From IMG/VR virus record IMGVR_UViG_3300024262_000013: a stretch of DNA of 64,000 nucleotides; one strand, 5' to 3'. The position numbers and the translations under genes are program-made. Under the pieces are notes generated by a model. The model did not search any database and was not told the DNA's origin. It worked only from the letters and a program-made list of their open reading frames with translations. This document shows, one piece after another, positions 48,075-58,120 of the stretch. Position 1 is the first letter of the stretch. Each line of letters begins with the position of its first letter. Origin of the DNA: a virus (Duplodnaviria > Caudoviricetes).

Positions 48075-49534
48075 TTTCTATTAACTATTTGGAATTTAAG
48101 TTCTCTTTTATAAGTATTAATTTCCCTATCGGTAATAACCTTTATATCAATAAAATATTCATTTGGTATTTTATCGTCAGTATTAAAAATAAAATAATGA
48201 CTATCTGGTGTTCTATTTAATTTTGTCCAATCTTGAACTTGAACTTCAGTTTTTCCTTCTCTAACATATACCCGGTAATAAGCGTCAACTTTATTTAATA
48301 TTTCATTTGTCGTATACGCTTTCTTAATGATAACATTAACTTTACGAGTATCGGGACCTAATATCTTTTCATCTTGTTTAATCCCGTAAAAATCAAAACC
48401 ATATATTGAAGGGTCATTAGTTGTGGAACCTATTTGGTATAAGTCCGATAAATCATTAACTACAAATTCATTAGTTACGTTAGAAATATCTACTCCATTT
48501 ATTTTTAAATTCTTCCATGTATCATAATACATACACGGTATATTTGTTTCGGTTACTCCTGACACTATAACTTCATATACACCATTAGTTACTTGACACG
48601 TAGTTAAATTTGAGTATTTAACCGCACCTGACATATCCGTGATATCTACAGTGGGTAGTTCATCAAAATTCTGAGGATTACCAAATTGGTAACTATAAAG
48701 ATACAACCTATTTGATTTTTTCTCATAAAAAATATTTCTATCATCTTGAATTAAGTCATCATGTGTAGTTTCTAAATAAGGCTCATAGAAAGTTTGAGTA
48801 TGTCGAGTAAAAAACCCAACAGAATAATTTTCAGTTAGACCTGTAATATTTTCAACTTGAGGGTAATAAGCGACACCCCATCCAGTCACACCTGTAGTGG
48901 CTCCTGTTAAGATATCGTTAATTTCTTGAGTCATATCAAATTTAATGTCTTCATTACCGAACTCAAAATGTTGTGTATCAATAATTGTTAAACCTGAAAA
49001 ATTAAGTCCTGAATTTAAGTTACTATTTAAATTATCATAAACACCAGGAACCGACCATTTTGAAATTGTTTGTGGCTCATACCAGTTAGTTGGTCTACTT
49101 GAGTAGGATTTATCTGTGGGTAATTCTGTAAAATCATAATAATCGTACCCAACACCTTCATCCCATGATTGAATATCACCTGTTGACCCCGAAACTTTTG
49201 GAATTCTAAAAAGTACTAAATCAAAGGAAGTTGCTCTCCTTCTACCATTTGACCAAGTATCGTTTAGTAATTCCTTATCGAATGATGAGGTATTAGTCAT
49301 GTTAAGAATATGTGTCATATTCTTTGAGCAACCCGTAGAAATTTGGCCTCCACTTATTTGATTAGTTAAACCTGATAACTCAATGTTGAATAAAAGTCGA
49401 CTATACCCTTTTGGTGTTATTACATTATTTACCCCTCCAAAGAATAATTCGCATATGGGATTTCTACCTGTATTAGCATAAGAATTTGAAACGATTGTAG
49501 TGTTCCTATTAAAATATGATTTATAAACTGACAT
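48071..49534 (-). CDS. putative structural protein, beta-rich
   Basis: 487 aa; minus-strand TATTTATA at 49548-49555; next to the spike-like gene. Confidence 0.65.
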   Translation of the reverse strand: MSVYKSYFNRNTTIVSNSYANTGRNPICELFFGGVNNVITPKGYSRLLFNIELSGLTNQISGGQISTGCSKNMTHILNMTNTSSFDKELLNDTWSNGRRRATSFDLVLFRIPKVSGSTGDIQSWDEGVGYDYYDFTELPTDKSYSSRPTNWYEPQTISKWSVPGVYDNLNSNLNSGLNFSGLTIIDTQHFEFGNEDIKFDMTQEINDILTGATTGVTGWGVAYYPQVENITGLTENYSVGFFTRHTQTFYEPYLETTHDDLIQDDRNIFYEKKSNRLYLYSYQFGNPQNFDELPTVDITDMSGAVKYSNLTTCQVTNGVYEVIVSGVTETNIPCMYYDTWKNLKINGVDISNVTNEFVVNDLSDLYQIGSTTNDPSIYGFDFYGIKQDEKILGPDTRKVNVIIKKAYTTNEILNKVDAYYRVYVREGKTEVQVQDWTKLNRTPDSHYFIFNTDDKIPNEYFIDIKVITDREINTYKRELKFQIVNRK

Positions 49535-49556
49535 AAACTCTTTTTAATATAAATAC

Positions 49557-51119
49557 TTAGTTTATACGAATATACTTATTTAGTATCTTTTGATTTGCAT
49601 TTCTAAGTTCTTCTAGTAACTTATCTTGGGTTACACCGTTAACAGAGGTACCATCAGGAACCATACCATGGTAAGGATGGACATGTCCGATTACGTATTG
49701 AACAACTAAATTTAATAATTCAACTAATTCTTCCCCTCGAACTATTGATGATGTTTTAGGTTCAATCTCATCAGAAAGAGTATATTCTTCAATACCGTAT
49801 AAAGTGTTTGATAAATTTACTTTTCCCGTACTACTCTTGGTTGATTTATGGGATAATAAGTAGACGTAGTCACCTCCCAATATAGATGCGGTATTATTTA
49901 ATAACACTTCTTTTTCTGGAATTATAACATTTTTTTCAGGCGTAAATGGTACGTCACCTCTCTTACTTTGGTCATAAACTAAACCATACCCCCCCTTTAA
50001 ATCTGACGGAATAATTTTTATGCCCGACATTAAATTAGCAACAAATAGTTTTTCATTTGTTTGCGAAGTATCTGAAGTTAATTTTCTATATAAACTATGT
50101 TGAGGTCTAAAGTAAATTGGAAAAATTGATTCAGCACCTGACCTTAACCTAAATGGGCCTAAAGGGGTAACTGAAGTAGTAATATTGGATAGGTCAGGAA
50201 CTAATCTTTCTGACACCCCTTCAATAATCTCATTTATTAATGAGGTTAATTTATTAACGGTTAAACCTATAAATTCAAATTTTTGGTATAAGTTTTTACC
50301 ACTTTCAACATCTGTAGTTAAATTAAAAGTTTGGGTACCAATTCTTTCACTTGGAGTTAGAGTATAAATGTATATACCGCCCGTATATGCGTCTGAATTA
50401 TTATCAGGGTTAATCACATTATATTCCACCAATAGTTTAATTGGTTTATGTCTATATTTAAACTTATATAATTTTTCAGGTGTACCGTAAGTTGTTTTTT
50501 TATTAAACTTACTGAGTTGGAGAAAGGACCTATTATCGTTACCTACTGGGTACACGTTAGGTTTTGCCACCCCATTAAATTTACCGGCTCTTAAAAGTAC
50601 AGTATCATTTTTAACGATAATGTCCGCACTACCTCTACCATCAATTGAAATATCATCAGGTATAGAATAGACTCCTTTATTATTTGATTCAAACTCTAAA
50701 CCTGTTTCAGGATTACGTAATTGTTTTAGTTGTTTATTCCTACTACCTAAATTACTTTCGCTTACCGCTGAGTCGTATGGTTCTTGGTTAGTGTTCGTAA
50801 GTGATGAAAACACTCCAGAAACATAAAATTTATCACGATTAGACTTATCATCCGGATTAGAATAAATAAGATGAACAAACTCACCTTTTTTGGGTGAGGT
50901 ATTAATAAAAACTGGTAATAGTGGTCTAATAACAAAAGGGTCCTTAGGTCCCCAATATTCGGTAACACCTATAGAACTATTAACACTCTTTTCTCTATCA
51001 ATCGTATTTTCAGTTTTTAAAATTGCACGAATACGACCTAATCCCATTGGGTCATTATTGTCTATACATTCTCCAACGTATATTATCCTATTGTTATATG
51101 GGATGTTAGTGTTTGCCAT
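49557..51119 (-). CDS. baseplate hub/spike (gp5/VgrG-like)
   Basis: N-terminal VGECIDNNDPMGLGRIRA OB-fold motif; C-terminal RGEEL...HVHPYH. Confidence 0.75.
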   Translation of the reverse strand: MANTNIPYNNRIIYVGECIDNNDPMGLGRIRAILKTENTIDREKSVNSSIGVTEYWGPKDPFVIRPLLPVFINTSPKKGEFVHLIYSNPDDKSNRDKFYVSGVFSSLTNTNQEPYDSAVSESNLGSRNKQLKQLRNPETGLEFESNNKGVYSIPDDISIDGRGSADIIVKNDTVLLRAGKFNGVAKPNVYPVGNDNRSFLQLSKFNKKTTYGTPEKLYKFKYRHKPIKLLVEYNVINPDNNSDAYTGGIYIYTLTPSERIGTQTFNLTTDVESGKNLYQKFEFIGLTVNKLTSLINEIIEGVSERLVPDLSNITTSVTPLGPFRLRSGAESIFPIYFRPQHSLYRKLTSDTSQTNEKLFVANLMSGIKIIPSDLKGGYGLVYDQSKRGDVPFTPEKNVIIPEKEVLLNNTASILGGDYVYLLSHKSTKSSTGKVNLSNTLYGIEEYTLSDEIEPKTSSIVRGEELVELLNLVVQYVIGHVHPYHGMVPDGTSVNGVTQDKLLEELRNANQKILNKYIRIN

Positions 51120-51316
51120 TATTTAGTTCTACTTTTATATTCATTTAAGATTTTATTGTAGATTAATTCACTACTATCTAAATGATGTGTTAATTTTATT
51201 ATATTCTTTTTAGTTTCTTGGAAATCATTTTCTAAAAAATCCATTACCTCCATCAAGTCTTTATTGGGACTTGTCTTATATTCTAATAATATTTTTGTTA
51301 CTTTTTCTTCAGTCAT
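51119..51316 (-). CDS. small coiled-coil protein
   Basis: ATG (MTEEKV) immediately follows the upstream stop codon. Confidence 0.65.
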   Translation of the reverse strand: MTEEKVTKILLEYKTSPNKDLMEVMDFLENDFQETKKNIIKLTHHLDSSELIYNKILNEYKSRTK

Positions 51317-51317
51317 T

Positions 51318-53291
51318 TTAATAAGATTTTCCAGATGCTTTAGCAGGTAACGTTGAGCCGGCAACTACCGGTGGTACCGCTAATGGTGGTATCCACACTT
51401 CAACCTTACCGTTAGATAGTTGTTCTTGATAACTACCCTTTATTTGTTGGGCTATTGCCGGCATCGCAATATTTACTGCTCCACTTGGTAAATCTCCTGT
51501 CGGTATACCTAAAGATTGAAATCTTTCAGTAACTTCAGTCATGGCTCTTGTCGGTGAAAACCCACCCAATAATGAGCTAGCTGCCAACGCAAATGATGGT
51601 AATGAAATACCTGATGCTGCGGCGCCTAAGTTTAAGAGTTTTAATATTTCATCAACTAAACTTTTACATTCCCTATAATCAATAAACCCCTTTATTAATT
51701 GTATTAACATAAATATTACACCGGCTATCATCGAGGCTTGTTTATTTTTAGCTTCTTTTATCACTTCTATTATTAAAGTTTCTACTAGTAATCTTAAGTT
51801 CTTTTTTAATAGAATAAATAATTCCTCCACAAATATCGCGGCAATCTTACTTAACATATTAGTAATAAACTTACCGAAAGTTTTAATAAAAGACTCTAAA
51901 CTACTAAATGCTAAAATATTTGAAAAATTAGGGTTAACCGATTTCATAACAATTTGTAATCCTAAAAGCATTTTTGGTCTTAGTATTGCAAACATTACCG
52001 CTTTAGGTATTATCTTTAAAAAATCACTGTTTATTGCGACGTTTAAATTTAAATCTACACCCGAAGGAATATTTAATTTCCAATCTTGGTCTTTTGACAT
52101 ACCATTTACTAATGACATTAAATTATTGGCGTTATCGCCAGCATTACCATTATCATCATTAATTAACTGAGTCATTGAGTCTAATAATGCTTCGGTATTA
52201 ACGGGGAACTTTAGATTGTTACAATCCGTAAATTCAGTAACCCCTTGAATCATATTATTAACCTCTATTTCAATATTTTTTAAATCTACAGGTGCCATCT
52301 CAAAAAATGATTGGTCGATATTATCTAATTGACCTAATTTAGCGGTTCCTTGAACATCTATTTCTTTTTTACTATCAAAACATAAACCTAATATTCTTTG
52401 TATTATTTTTTCAAATTTACTTTGTTCCTCTTTTTGGTTGACTGAAATACCACCTGATATATCAATAATGTTAGTTAACATATTCATAATCTCTACCGAA
52501 ACCATACTAAAGTCAATTAAATCAATAGACCCATAATAGTCTCGTAAAAAATCACCTACATTATTTCCCGTTAATCTGTTAGATAATGTTACCTCATAAA
52601 AATCACCAAAAATTGGTGTTGATGTGATTGGGTCATTATAAGTTGTCACATATTTTAAATCAAAAAGACCTACTCCTGATGCTCCGGGATAACTATTACC
52701 ATACTCACTGTTGAATGATGTTCCTTGATTTTGTAGTCGATTATAAAGTTCTCTATCCATCGAAAATGGTTGAGAACCAACTGAAATGTCATTTTTTTCA
52801 TATCTTAGAGACCATGGTTTACCTGATGGGTCATTTTTTAATAACTCTTTTAAATCAATATCGGAGACTGGAACATAAATTGGTTGATTATTAAATTCTT
52901 GTTCTTCAGAACAACCGGCAACCTTTAAGACTTCATCTGTAATTATTTCACCTATTCTAGACTTAGTATTTTGACTTGCCATTAGAACTTGCTTGATAAG
53001 GAAATCCATAGTTGAGGAACCAGTATTCTTAAACTTATCTCCACTTGGCATGGATTTCTTAAGTAAGTTAGTTAACTCATCGAAAGTGTTTTGGAACTCT
53101 TGTTGAGCTCTTTGTTTAATGTCACCCATAGCATTAAGTTGCTTTAAGGTTTCACTCTTAGCTTTTGAGATATTACTGTCTAATCCGTCACTTAATTTTT
53201 TTATCTTATCTTCGTTAACCGTGGTTTGGATGGTAGACTTATAAGAATCAATTTTAGAACTCGCTTGATTAAATTTATCTTTAATTGGCAT
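51318..53291 (-). CDS. large hypothetical protein, possibly tail/baseplate
   Basis: 657-aa ORF in the spike operon. Confidence 0.65.
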   Translation of the reverse strand: MPIKDKFNQASSKIDSYKSTIQTTVNEDKIKKLSDGLDSNISKAKSETLKQLNAMGDIKQRAQQEFQNTFDELTNLLKKSMPSGDKFKNTGSSTMDFLIKQVLMASQNTKSRIGEIITDEVLKVAGCSEEQEFNNQPIYVPVSDIDLKELLKNDPSGKPWSLRYEKNDISVGSQPFSMDRELYNRLQNQGTSFNSEYGNSYPGASGVGLFDLKYVTTYNDPITSTPIFGDFYEVTLSNRLTGNNVGDFLRDYYGSIDLIDFSMVSVEIMNMLTNIIDISGGISVNQKEEQSKFEKIIQRILGLCFDSKKEIDVQGTAKLGQLDNIDQSFFEMAPVDLKNIEIEVNNMIQGVTEFTDCNNLKFPVNTEALLDSMTQLINDDNGNAGDNANNLMSLVNGMSKDQDWKLNIPSGVDLNLNVAINSDFLKIIPKAVMFAILRPKMLLGLQIVMKSVNPNFSNILAFSSLESFIKTFGKFITNMLSKIAAIFVEELFILLKKNLRLLVETLIIEVIKEAKNKQASMIAGVIFMLIQLIKGFIDYRECKSLVDEILKLLNLGAAASGISLPSFALAASSLLGGFSPTRAMTEVTERFQSLGIPTGDLPSGAVNIAMPAIAQQIKGSYQEQLSNGKVEVWIPPLAVPPVVAGSTLPAKASGKSY

Positions 53292-53302
53292 AATGGTTAA
53301 TT

Positions 53303-53677
53303 TTAATCTAGATTATAACCACCTTTTTTATCGTCATTACCTAAATCCTGTTGTATTAGGGTCTGTAATGTATCGTCATCAATATCGGATAAACTGAAAT
53401 CTTCACTTGTAGTGTTACTAGTTTTTTCCCATATTGATGATTGTAATTTTGATAGTGATAATTTTTTCTCTATGGTATCGTTTACGATTTTCTGTTGTTC
53501 CTTAATAACAGGACCAATAACGGTCATATCTTCAGGGTCCTTTAACATCGCTAACATTTTATTTTGAATCCTTATGGCAGTCGCTCTCTGTTCAACAAGT
53601 TCATTATAAATTTCTTGCATAAGAGAAAGAACTGAGTCCTTACTTAATACTATTTGTTTTTTTTTAGGTCTTGCCAT
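53303..53677 (-). CDS. hypothetical protein
   Basis: 124 aa; minus-strand TATTTATA at 53683-53690. Confidence 0.7.
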   Translation of the reverse strand: MARPKKKQIVLSKDSVLSLMQEIYNELVEQRATAIRIQNKMLAMLKDPEDMTVIGPVIKEQQKIVNDTIEKKLSLSKLQSSIWEKTSNTTSEDFSLSDIDDDTLQTLIQQDLGNDDKKGGYNLD

Positions 53678-53706
53678 AATATTATAAATATTTATAGAAT
53701 AACTTT

Positions 53707-54567
53707 TTACAGATTATGTAGCTTATTTGTTAGCTCGTAATATAATTTTTTGTACTTCCTCATTGATGTCCTTATCTCTTTAGTGGACATATTGGTCATA
53801 TCACGTAAAGATAATAGTATAATATTCTTGTTAAATTTGTTATTATCCGTACCAATAAAAATGTTACCATAGTTCTCAAATAACTCTATTAGTGCGTACC
53901 CTAACTTTAATTCGTTATTATTTAAATCGTTAGATTCTATATAATTCTCTAATTCTTTAATAAAGTGTCTAATTACATCTGTCGCATCTACTTTCTCATG
54001 TTCGAGATAATAAATCATATCAGGTCTACTTTCTAATTTAGTCGTGATATCTTCATAAGAAATTTTTCGATTCTGTTCTTTTTGGTCTTTTATAATCATA
54101 CCCATTAGGTAATTTTTACAAATAGTACCAAAATAAGAATACGCCTTTTTATTCCTTTCAGGTTTAAATTTTTCTACTTTAGTTATTAAAAATGAATGTG
54201 TATCATGATTAATTTCACGAAACTCCATACCTTTTCTATAAAGTTTATATCTACGAATGATTGATTCTATCATTTTATCTAAAGGTGTCCTTAGAAATTC
54301 ATTATATATTTCATTTTTTTCGGTATATGTAGAAGCCGTTAGAAATAATCTAACCGCTCTTTCTTCTCTCTCAGCAAAATAATTAGTGGGGCTTGGTTTT
54401 CTCCCCCTCTTTTTTGGTTCACTAGATTCGTCAGTCTCAGTACTACCCGACACTACCTCAGTAGTTACAGTGCTACCGGATACTAATTCAGTAGTTATGG
54501 TATTACCTGACACTACAATCTTAACTGATTCATCATTAGAAGTAGTGTTTTTGGGTTTTAATATCAT
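53707..54567 (-). CDS. gp55-like late sigma factor
   Basis: TNYF...FKPERNKKAYSYFGTICKNYL resembles gp55 region 2 (FxP..NxFAYFTxI). Confidence 0.65.
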   Translation of the reverse strand: MILKPKNTTSNDESVKIVVSGNTITTELVSGSTVTTEVVSGSTETDESSEPKKRGRKPSPTNYFAEREERAVRLFLTASTYTEKNEIYNEFLRTPLDKMIESIIRRYKLYRKGMEFREINHDTHSFLITKVEKFKPERNKKAYSYFGTICKNYLMGMIIKDQKEQNRKISYEDITTKLESRPDMIYYLEHEKVDATDVIRHFIKELENYIESNDLNNNELKLGYALIELFENYGNIFIGTDNNKFNKNIILLSLRDMTNMSTKEIRTSMRKYKKLYYELTNKLHNL

Positions 54568-55373
54568 TAAACATCCATTACTTGATAGTTTATGTCTCTA
54601 TCCTCAATAAAAAAATGTTCTTTTTTAGCGGTATCTATCCAAAACGCAACTTCGTCCTCAGTTATTTTTTTCTCACCAAATTTGTAATTCCAAAAAATTC
54701 CTCCTTCTCTCATGTTCATATGTTTATATCCAATTCTTGGTATTGTCATAATATTTACTGAATTATAACTCAGTCTTAGTAGGAACTCATATACAAAAGT
54801 TAATTTCATAGATTTTTTAAATCCGCCAAAGTCATTAAATATTGATTTCTTAATTACTATTCCACTTGTTTGAAAATTTTGATAGTTTAATAAAACTTCA
54901 TTTGTTAAGTAACCAATTTCAGAATTCATATTAGCTGCAAAGGTTGCTTCATTTGTGAATCCAGCAAAAACTCCTTTCTCGTCTACATCAAGAACTAAAG
55001 GTAGAAACCCTGAAACCTCTGGGTAAGCTTCCATATATCTTTTAACGTTTTTAAACCATATTGATGCGTATTCATCATCAAATTCAATTAATGAAACCCA
55101 TTCATTTTTAGCGTTTTCAACACCTAAATTTACTTGAGACGCAAAATCAACATCTCCAGTGTTTTCTACCAAATTCACTGTAAGACCACTGTAGTTGAAA
55201 TTTTGTACTACTTCTTTTAACGATTCTTCATCGCTGTGTACAATAACTAACTCATCAATCGGTGTTGATTGTTTTGCTATTGATAGGATACAACTACTAA
55301 AAAAATCTACAAAATTTTTAACTTTCGATGAGTTGATAGGTAGTATCGCCGATACATTTAATTTATTTTCCAT
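54567..55373 (-). CDS. GT2 (GT-A) glycosyltransferase
   Basis: VSAILPI, FASQVNLGVENA and LIEFDDEY motifs. Confidence 0.85.
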   Translation of the reverse strand: MENKLNVSAILPINSSKVKNFVDFFSSCILSIAKQSTPIDELVIVHSDEESLKEVVQNFNYSGLTVNLVENTGDVDFASQVNLGVENAKNEWVSLIEFDDEYASIWFKNVKRYMEAYPEVSGFLPLVLDVDEKGVFAGFTNEATFAANMNSEIGYLTNEVLLNYQNFQTSGIVIKKSIFNDFGGFKKSMKLTFVYEFLLRLSYNSVNIMTIPRIGYKHMNMREGGIFWNYKFGEKKITEDEVAFWIDTAKKEHFFIEDRDINYQVMDV

Positions 55374-55378
55374 AATTA

Positions 55379-56443
55379 TTAATTTTCTTCTTCTACTTTA
55401 AGTTTATCTAATTGAGATTCGAATGTAACTTTTCTAATATCTAAGTAACCCGTGAAGGTATTTATGACGTTAGACTCGAACTCTTCTCTGTTTTGAAATT
55501 TATTAGCGGTTTCTAAACCTACGGTATATAACTCTTCATTTATATTATCCTCTAACCAATTTTGAGTGAATTCAGCAATAATGTCAGTCATCTGATTTAA
55601 CTCATATGTCCATATCCCATTATTCTCTAACATCCATTCAGGTTTTAAGTTAGGTACCTTACCAATTACAGGTGTTTTACTTGCCATAGATTCAAGTGGG
55701 AAAGTACCTACCGATGACGTGTCGTCTACCCATATAGAAACAAATGAGTCCTTTAGGTACTCTGCGAACTCTTCTTGATTAAGACCTCTCATATCTCTAA
55801 ATGTTACCCATCTAAATTGTGGGTATTTTAAATAAAAGGTTTTAATTATTTTCATCGTATCCCTCTGTTCACGAGTATGTATAGAAATAATTGGTTTAGA
55901 TGGGACTTCTTTAGGTGAAAATATTTCAGAAATGAAAGGTGGAATAATATCAAATGTGACATTTTTCATAACACTCTTAACATATTCTGTCTGTTTTTCA
56001 CTTGTAGTGATAGCCTTTAAGAAACCATATTGTGACCAAGTGGTACCTGGTTGAAGTGTTTCTAACATATGGTCATACGCTTGACAAGAAATAATTTTAC
56101 CACAAGGTAAATTTGATACTTGCTCTAATACGTGACCGTATATTTCAGGAACGACCATAAAATCCTCAGGAGAAATTTTTAAATTTTCTCCATCAATAGA
56201 TTCGTGAGGTAATTCCATATATTTCTTACCTAACCATTCAGAAACTCCCGTATATTCTTTTGTTTCATGAATTATGATTGGATTAAATCCGTTATTTTTA
56301 AGAGTTAAGGCAATCTCATAAGTTTGTCTTACGGATGCCCTAGCATTACCCTTAGTATCTTGTGTTAAAAAATAAATTCTAACTGATTTATCTTTTAATC
56401 TCTGAACTGATTGTTCAACTTTATTTAATAGTTCTGTGTTCAT
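55379..56443 (-). CDS. GT-B (GT4-like) glycosyltransferase
   Basis: VVPEI, EFAEYLKDS and GTFPLESMAS...VIG motifs. Confidence 0.75.
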   Translation of the reverse strand: MNTELLNKVEQSVQRLKDKSVRIYFLTQDTKGNARASVRQTYEIALTLKNNGFNPIIIHETKEYTGVSEWLGKKYMELPHESIDGENLKISPEDFMVVPEIYGHVLEQVSNLPCGKIISCQAYDHMLETLQPGTTWSQYGFLKAITTSEKQTEYVKSVMKNVTFDIIPPFISEIFSPKEVPSKPIISIHTREQRDTMKIIKTFYLKYPQFRWVTFRDMRGLNQEEFAEYLKDSFVSIWVDDTSSVGTFPLESMASKTPVIGKVPNLKPEWMLENNGIWTYELNQMTDIIAEFTQNWLEDNINEELYTVGLETANKFQNREEFESNVINTFTGYLDIRKVTFESQLDKLKVEEEN

Positions 56444-56446
56444 AAT

Positions 56447-56749
56447 TTAAATATATTTTATAATTCCGTGTCTTAATAAGGTATTAAATGCAATTTTAAA
56501 GGGAATACTTAAACTCTTTGAAGTTCCACGTATACCTAAATTATTATCTAATTCTTCTCTTTCGGTTAATACAACCTCTAACATCATTTTTATTGTTTCA
56601 AATTTTACAACACTAATATGTTGTAAAAATTTATCTTCATCTTTATCTTCAGAAATTACCACTTCTTCATTATCTGACTTTGGTATGTTAACTTGTGACT
56701 CTAAAGATTCAAAATCAACGTAATAGTTCTCACCTAAAAATTGTAACAT
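56447..56749 (-). CDS. hypothetical protein
   Basis: 100-aa ORF. Confidence 0.65.
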   Translation of the reverse strand: MLQFLGENYYVDFESLESQVNIPKSDNEEVVISEDKDEDKFLQHISVVKFETIKMMLEVVLTEREELDNNLGIRGTSKSLSIPFKIAFNTLLRHGIIKYI

Positions 56750-57399
56750 TATTTTAATTTTAATTTTTTATATAGTTCTTTAAATTCAACGATATCATTA
56801 ATACTATATTTCGATTTAACTTCTTCATTATATGATGTGGAGTACTTAATAACTGTTTTATTCTGTGGTTGTTCTATGATGTGATTTGGGTTTGCCGTAA
56901 TTAAAATATCCACCTCATCCCACATACTGTCTAATGTAATATTAGAATAGAATTTTATTTTTTCAACTAAACACCCATACTTTGATAGAAAAAATAATGT
57001 CGATGGTTTAGACTTACCAATTTCATCAGACACGATTATCACTTCATGGTTATCTCTTAAGGTTTCGTATATATCATTTAAAACATTAAATGTGGGTCCG
57101 CTGATAGACGGTGAATGACCAAAAATTTGCATGGCGAAATCAACGTAGAAAAAATCATATAAATCTTCTTTATTTTTAAATTTAAAGTGATTTATTAGAT
57201 TATCTAAAGATTTTACCGGTAAATCTAGTTCGTATTTAAAAGTGTCTTTATCTCCTTTTTCATCGAATTCTTCAGTTTCTTCATTATAAGTTAATGTGTT
57301 CTCATCTTCAAACTCATCAATATAATATTTTTGATATATTTGTTCCGCTTTTAAAAAAGTGTCTCTTAGTACTCCGTTAATGTCAAATGCTATTCTCAT
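56749..57399 (-). CDS. HAD-superfamily 5'-nucleotidase-like protein
   Basis: MRIAFDINGVLRD (DxN variant of the DxD motif). Confidence 0.6.
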   Translation of the reverse strand: MRIAFDINGVLRDTFLKAEQIYQKYYIDEFEDENTLTYNEETEEFDEKGDKDTFKYELDLPVKSLDNLINHFKFKNKEDLYDFFYVDFAMQIFGHSPSISGPTFNVLNDIYETLRDNHEVIIVSDEIGKSKPSTLFFLSKYGCLVEKIKFYSNITLDSMWDEVDILITANPNHIIEQPQNKTVIKYSTSYNEEVKSKYSINDIVEFKELYKKLKLK

Positions 57400-58100
57400 G
57401 TGTCGTATCTATCTAATATTTTAGTTATTAATGGATTACGTATAATGTCCTCATTTTTAAAGTTAAACGTACCAACTTTTTCCATATCTTTAAATCTCAT
57501 GGTAGCGTCATATAATCCTGATTGGGTCTTATCACGATACCTATCTGTCTGGTCAATATCTCCAGAAATAAAAAATTTACTATTAAATCCTATTCGTGTT
57601 AATAGTAATTTCATTTGACTCGGTGTTGAGTTTTGAGCTTCCTCAAAGATTAATAACGAGTTATCAATATTCATACCTCTCATATATGCTAAGGCAAAAA
57701 CTTCAATTATATCGTTTTCCTTTAATTTCTCTCTAACTTCTTTACCTATGATTTTATTTAATAAATAATATGAAGGGAAAATATAGGGGTCTAATTTTTC
57801 TTCGAGATTACCAGGTAATGCTCCTAATTTTTCTTCTGCCTCGACCGCGGGTCTAACAATTATAATTTTTTCATAAGAATTATCTGTTTCCATTAAAAGC
57901 TCTACAGCTGCTTTCATCGCTATATATGATTTACCAACACCTGCTGGTCCGGTACAGATTGTTATCTCACTTGATTTTAATATATTATAGTACTCTTTTT
58001 GACTTTCAGATAAAAACTTTTGTTTAGGGTTTTTAGTTATTATTTTATTAATTAAATCTTTTCTCGGTATTTTATTATTCGTCTCTACTTTTCTTGCCAT
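57396..58100 (-). CDS. phoH: PhoH-family ATPase
   Basis: GPAGVGKS, RPAVE, LGALPG, YMRG, EEAQN and SGDIDQTD motifs. Confidence 0.93.
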   Translation of the reverse strand: MARKVETNNKIPRKDLINKIITKNPKQKFLSESQKEYYNILKSSEITICTGPAGVGKSYIAMKAAVELLMETDNSYEKIIIVRPAVEAEEKLGALPGNLEEKLDPYIFPSYYLLNKIIGKEVREKLKENDIIEVFALAYMRGMNIDNSLLIFEEAQNSTPSQMKLLLTRIGFNSKFFISGDIDQTDRYRDKTQSGLYDATMRFKDMEKVGTFNFKNEDIIRNPLITKILDRYDT

Positions 58101-58120
58101 TATTATATATAATTTAAATT

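Noticed and set aside
11750-51364. Longest-ORF starts at 11750, 16898, 22539, 27833, 31171, 43806, 46585 and 51364
   Set aside because: Downstream ATGs fit the promoter positions, the A-rich start regions and the gene spacing better.
3170-53690. TATAAATA read as canonical plus-strand T4 late promoters (3170, 49548, 53683)
   Set aside because: Each lies just upstream of a minus-strand gene, where it reads TATTTATA like the other sites.
56749-57399. DxN variant in the HAD-like protein as a novel pseudoenzyme
   Set aside because: The nucleophilic first Asp is retained and the family assignment is too uncertain to interpret the change.
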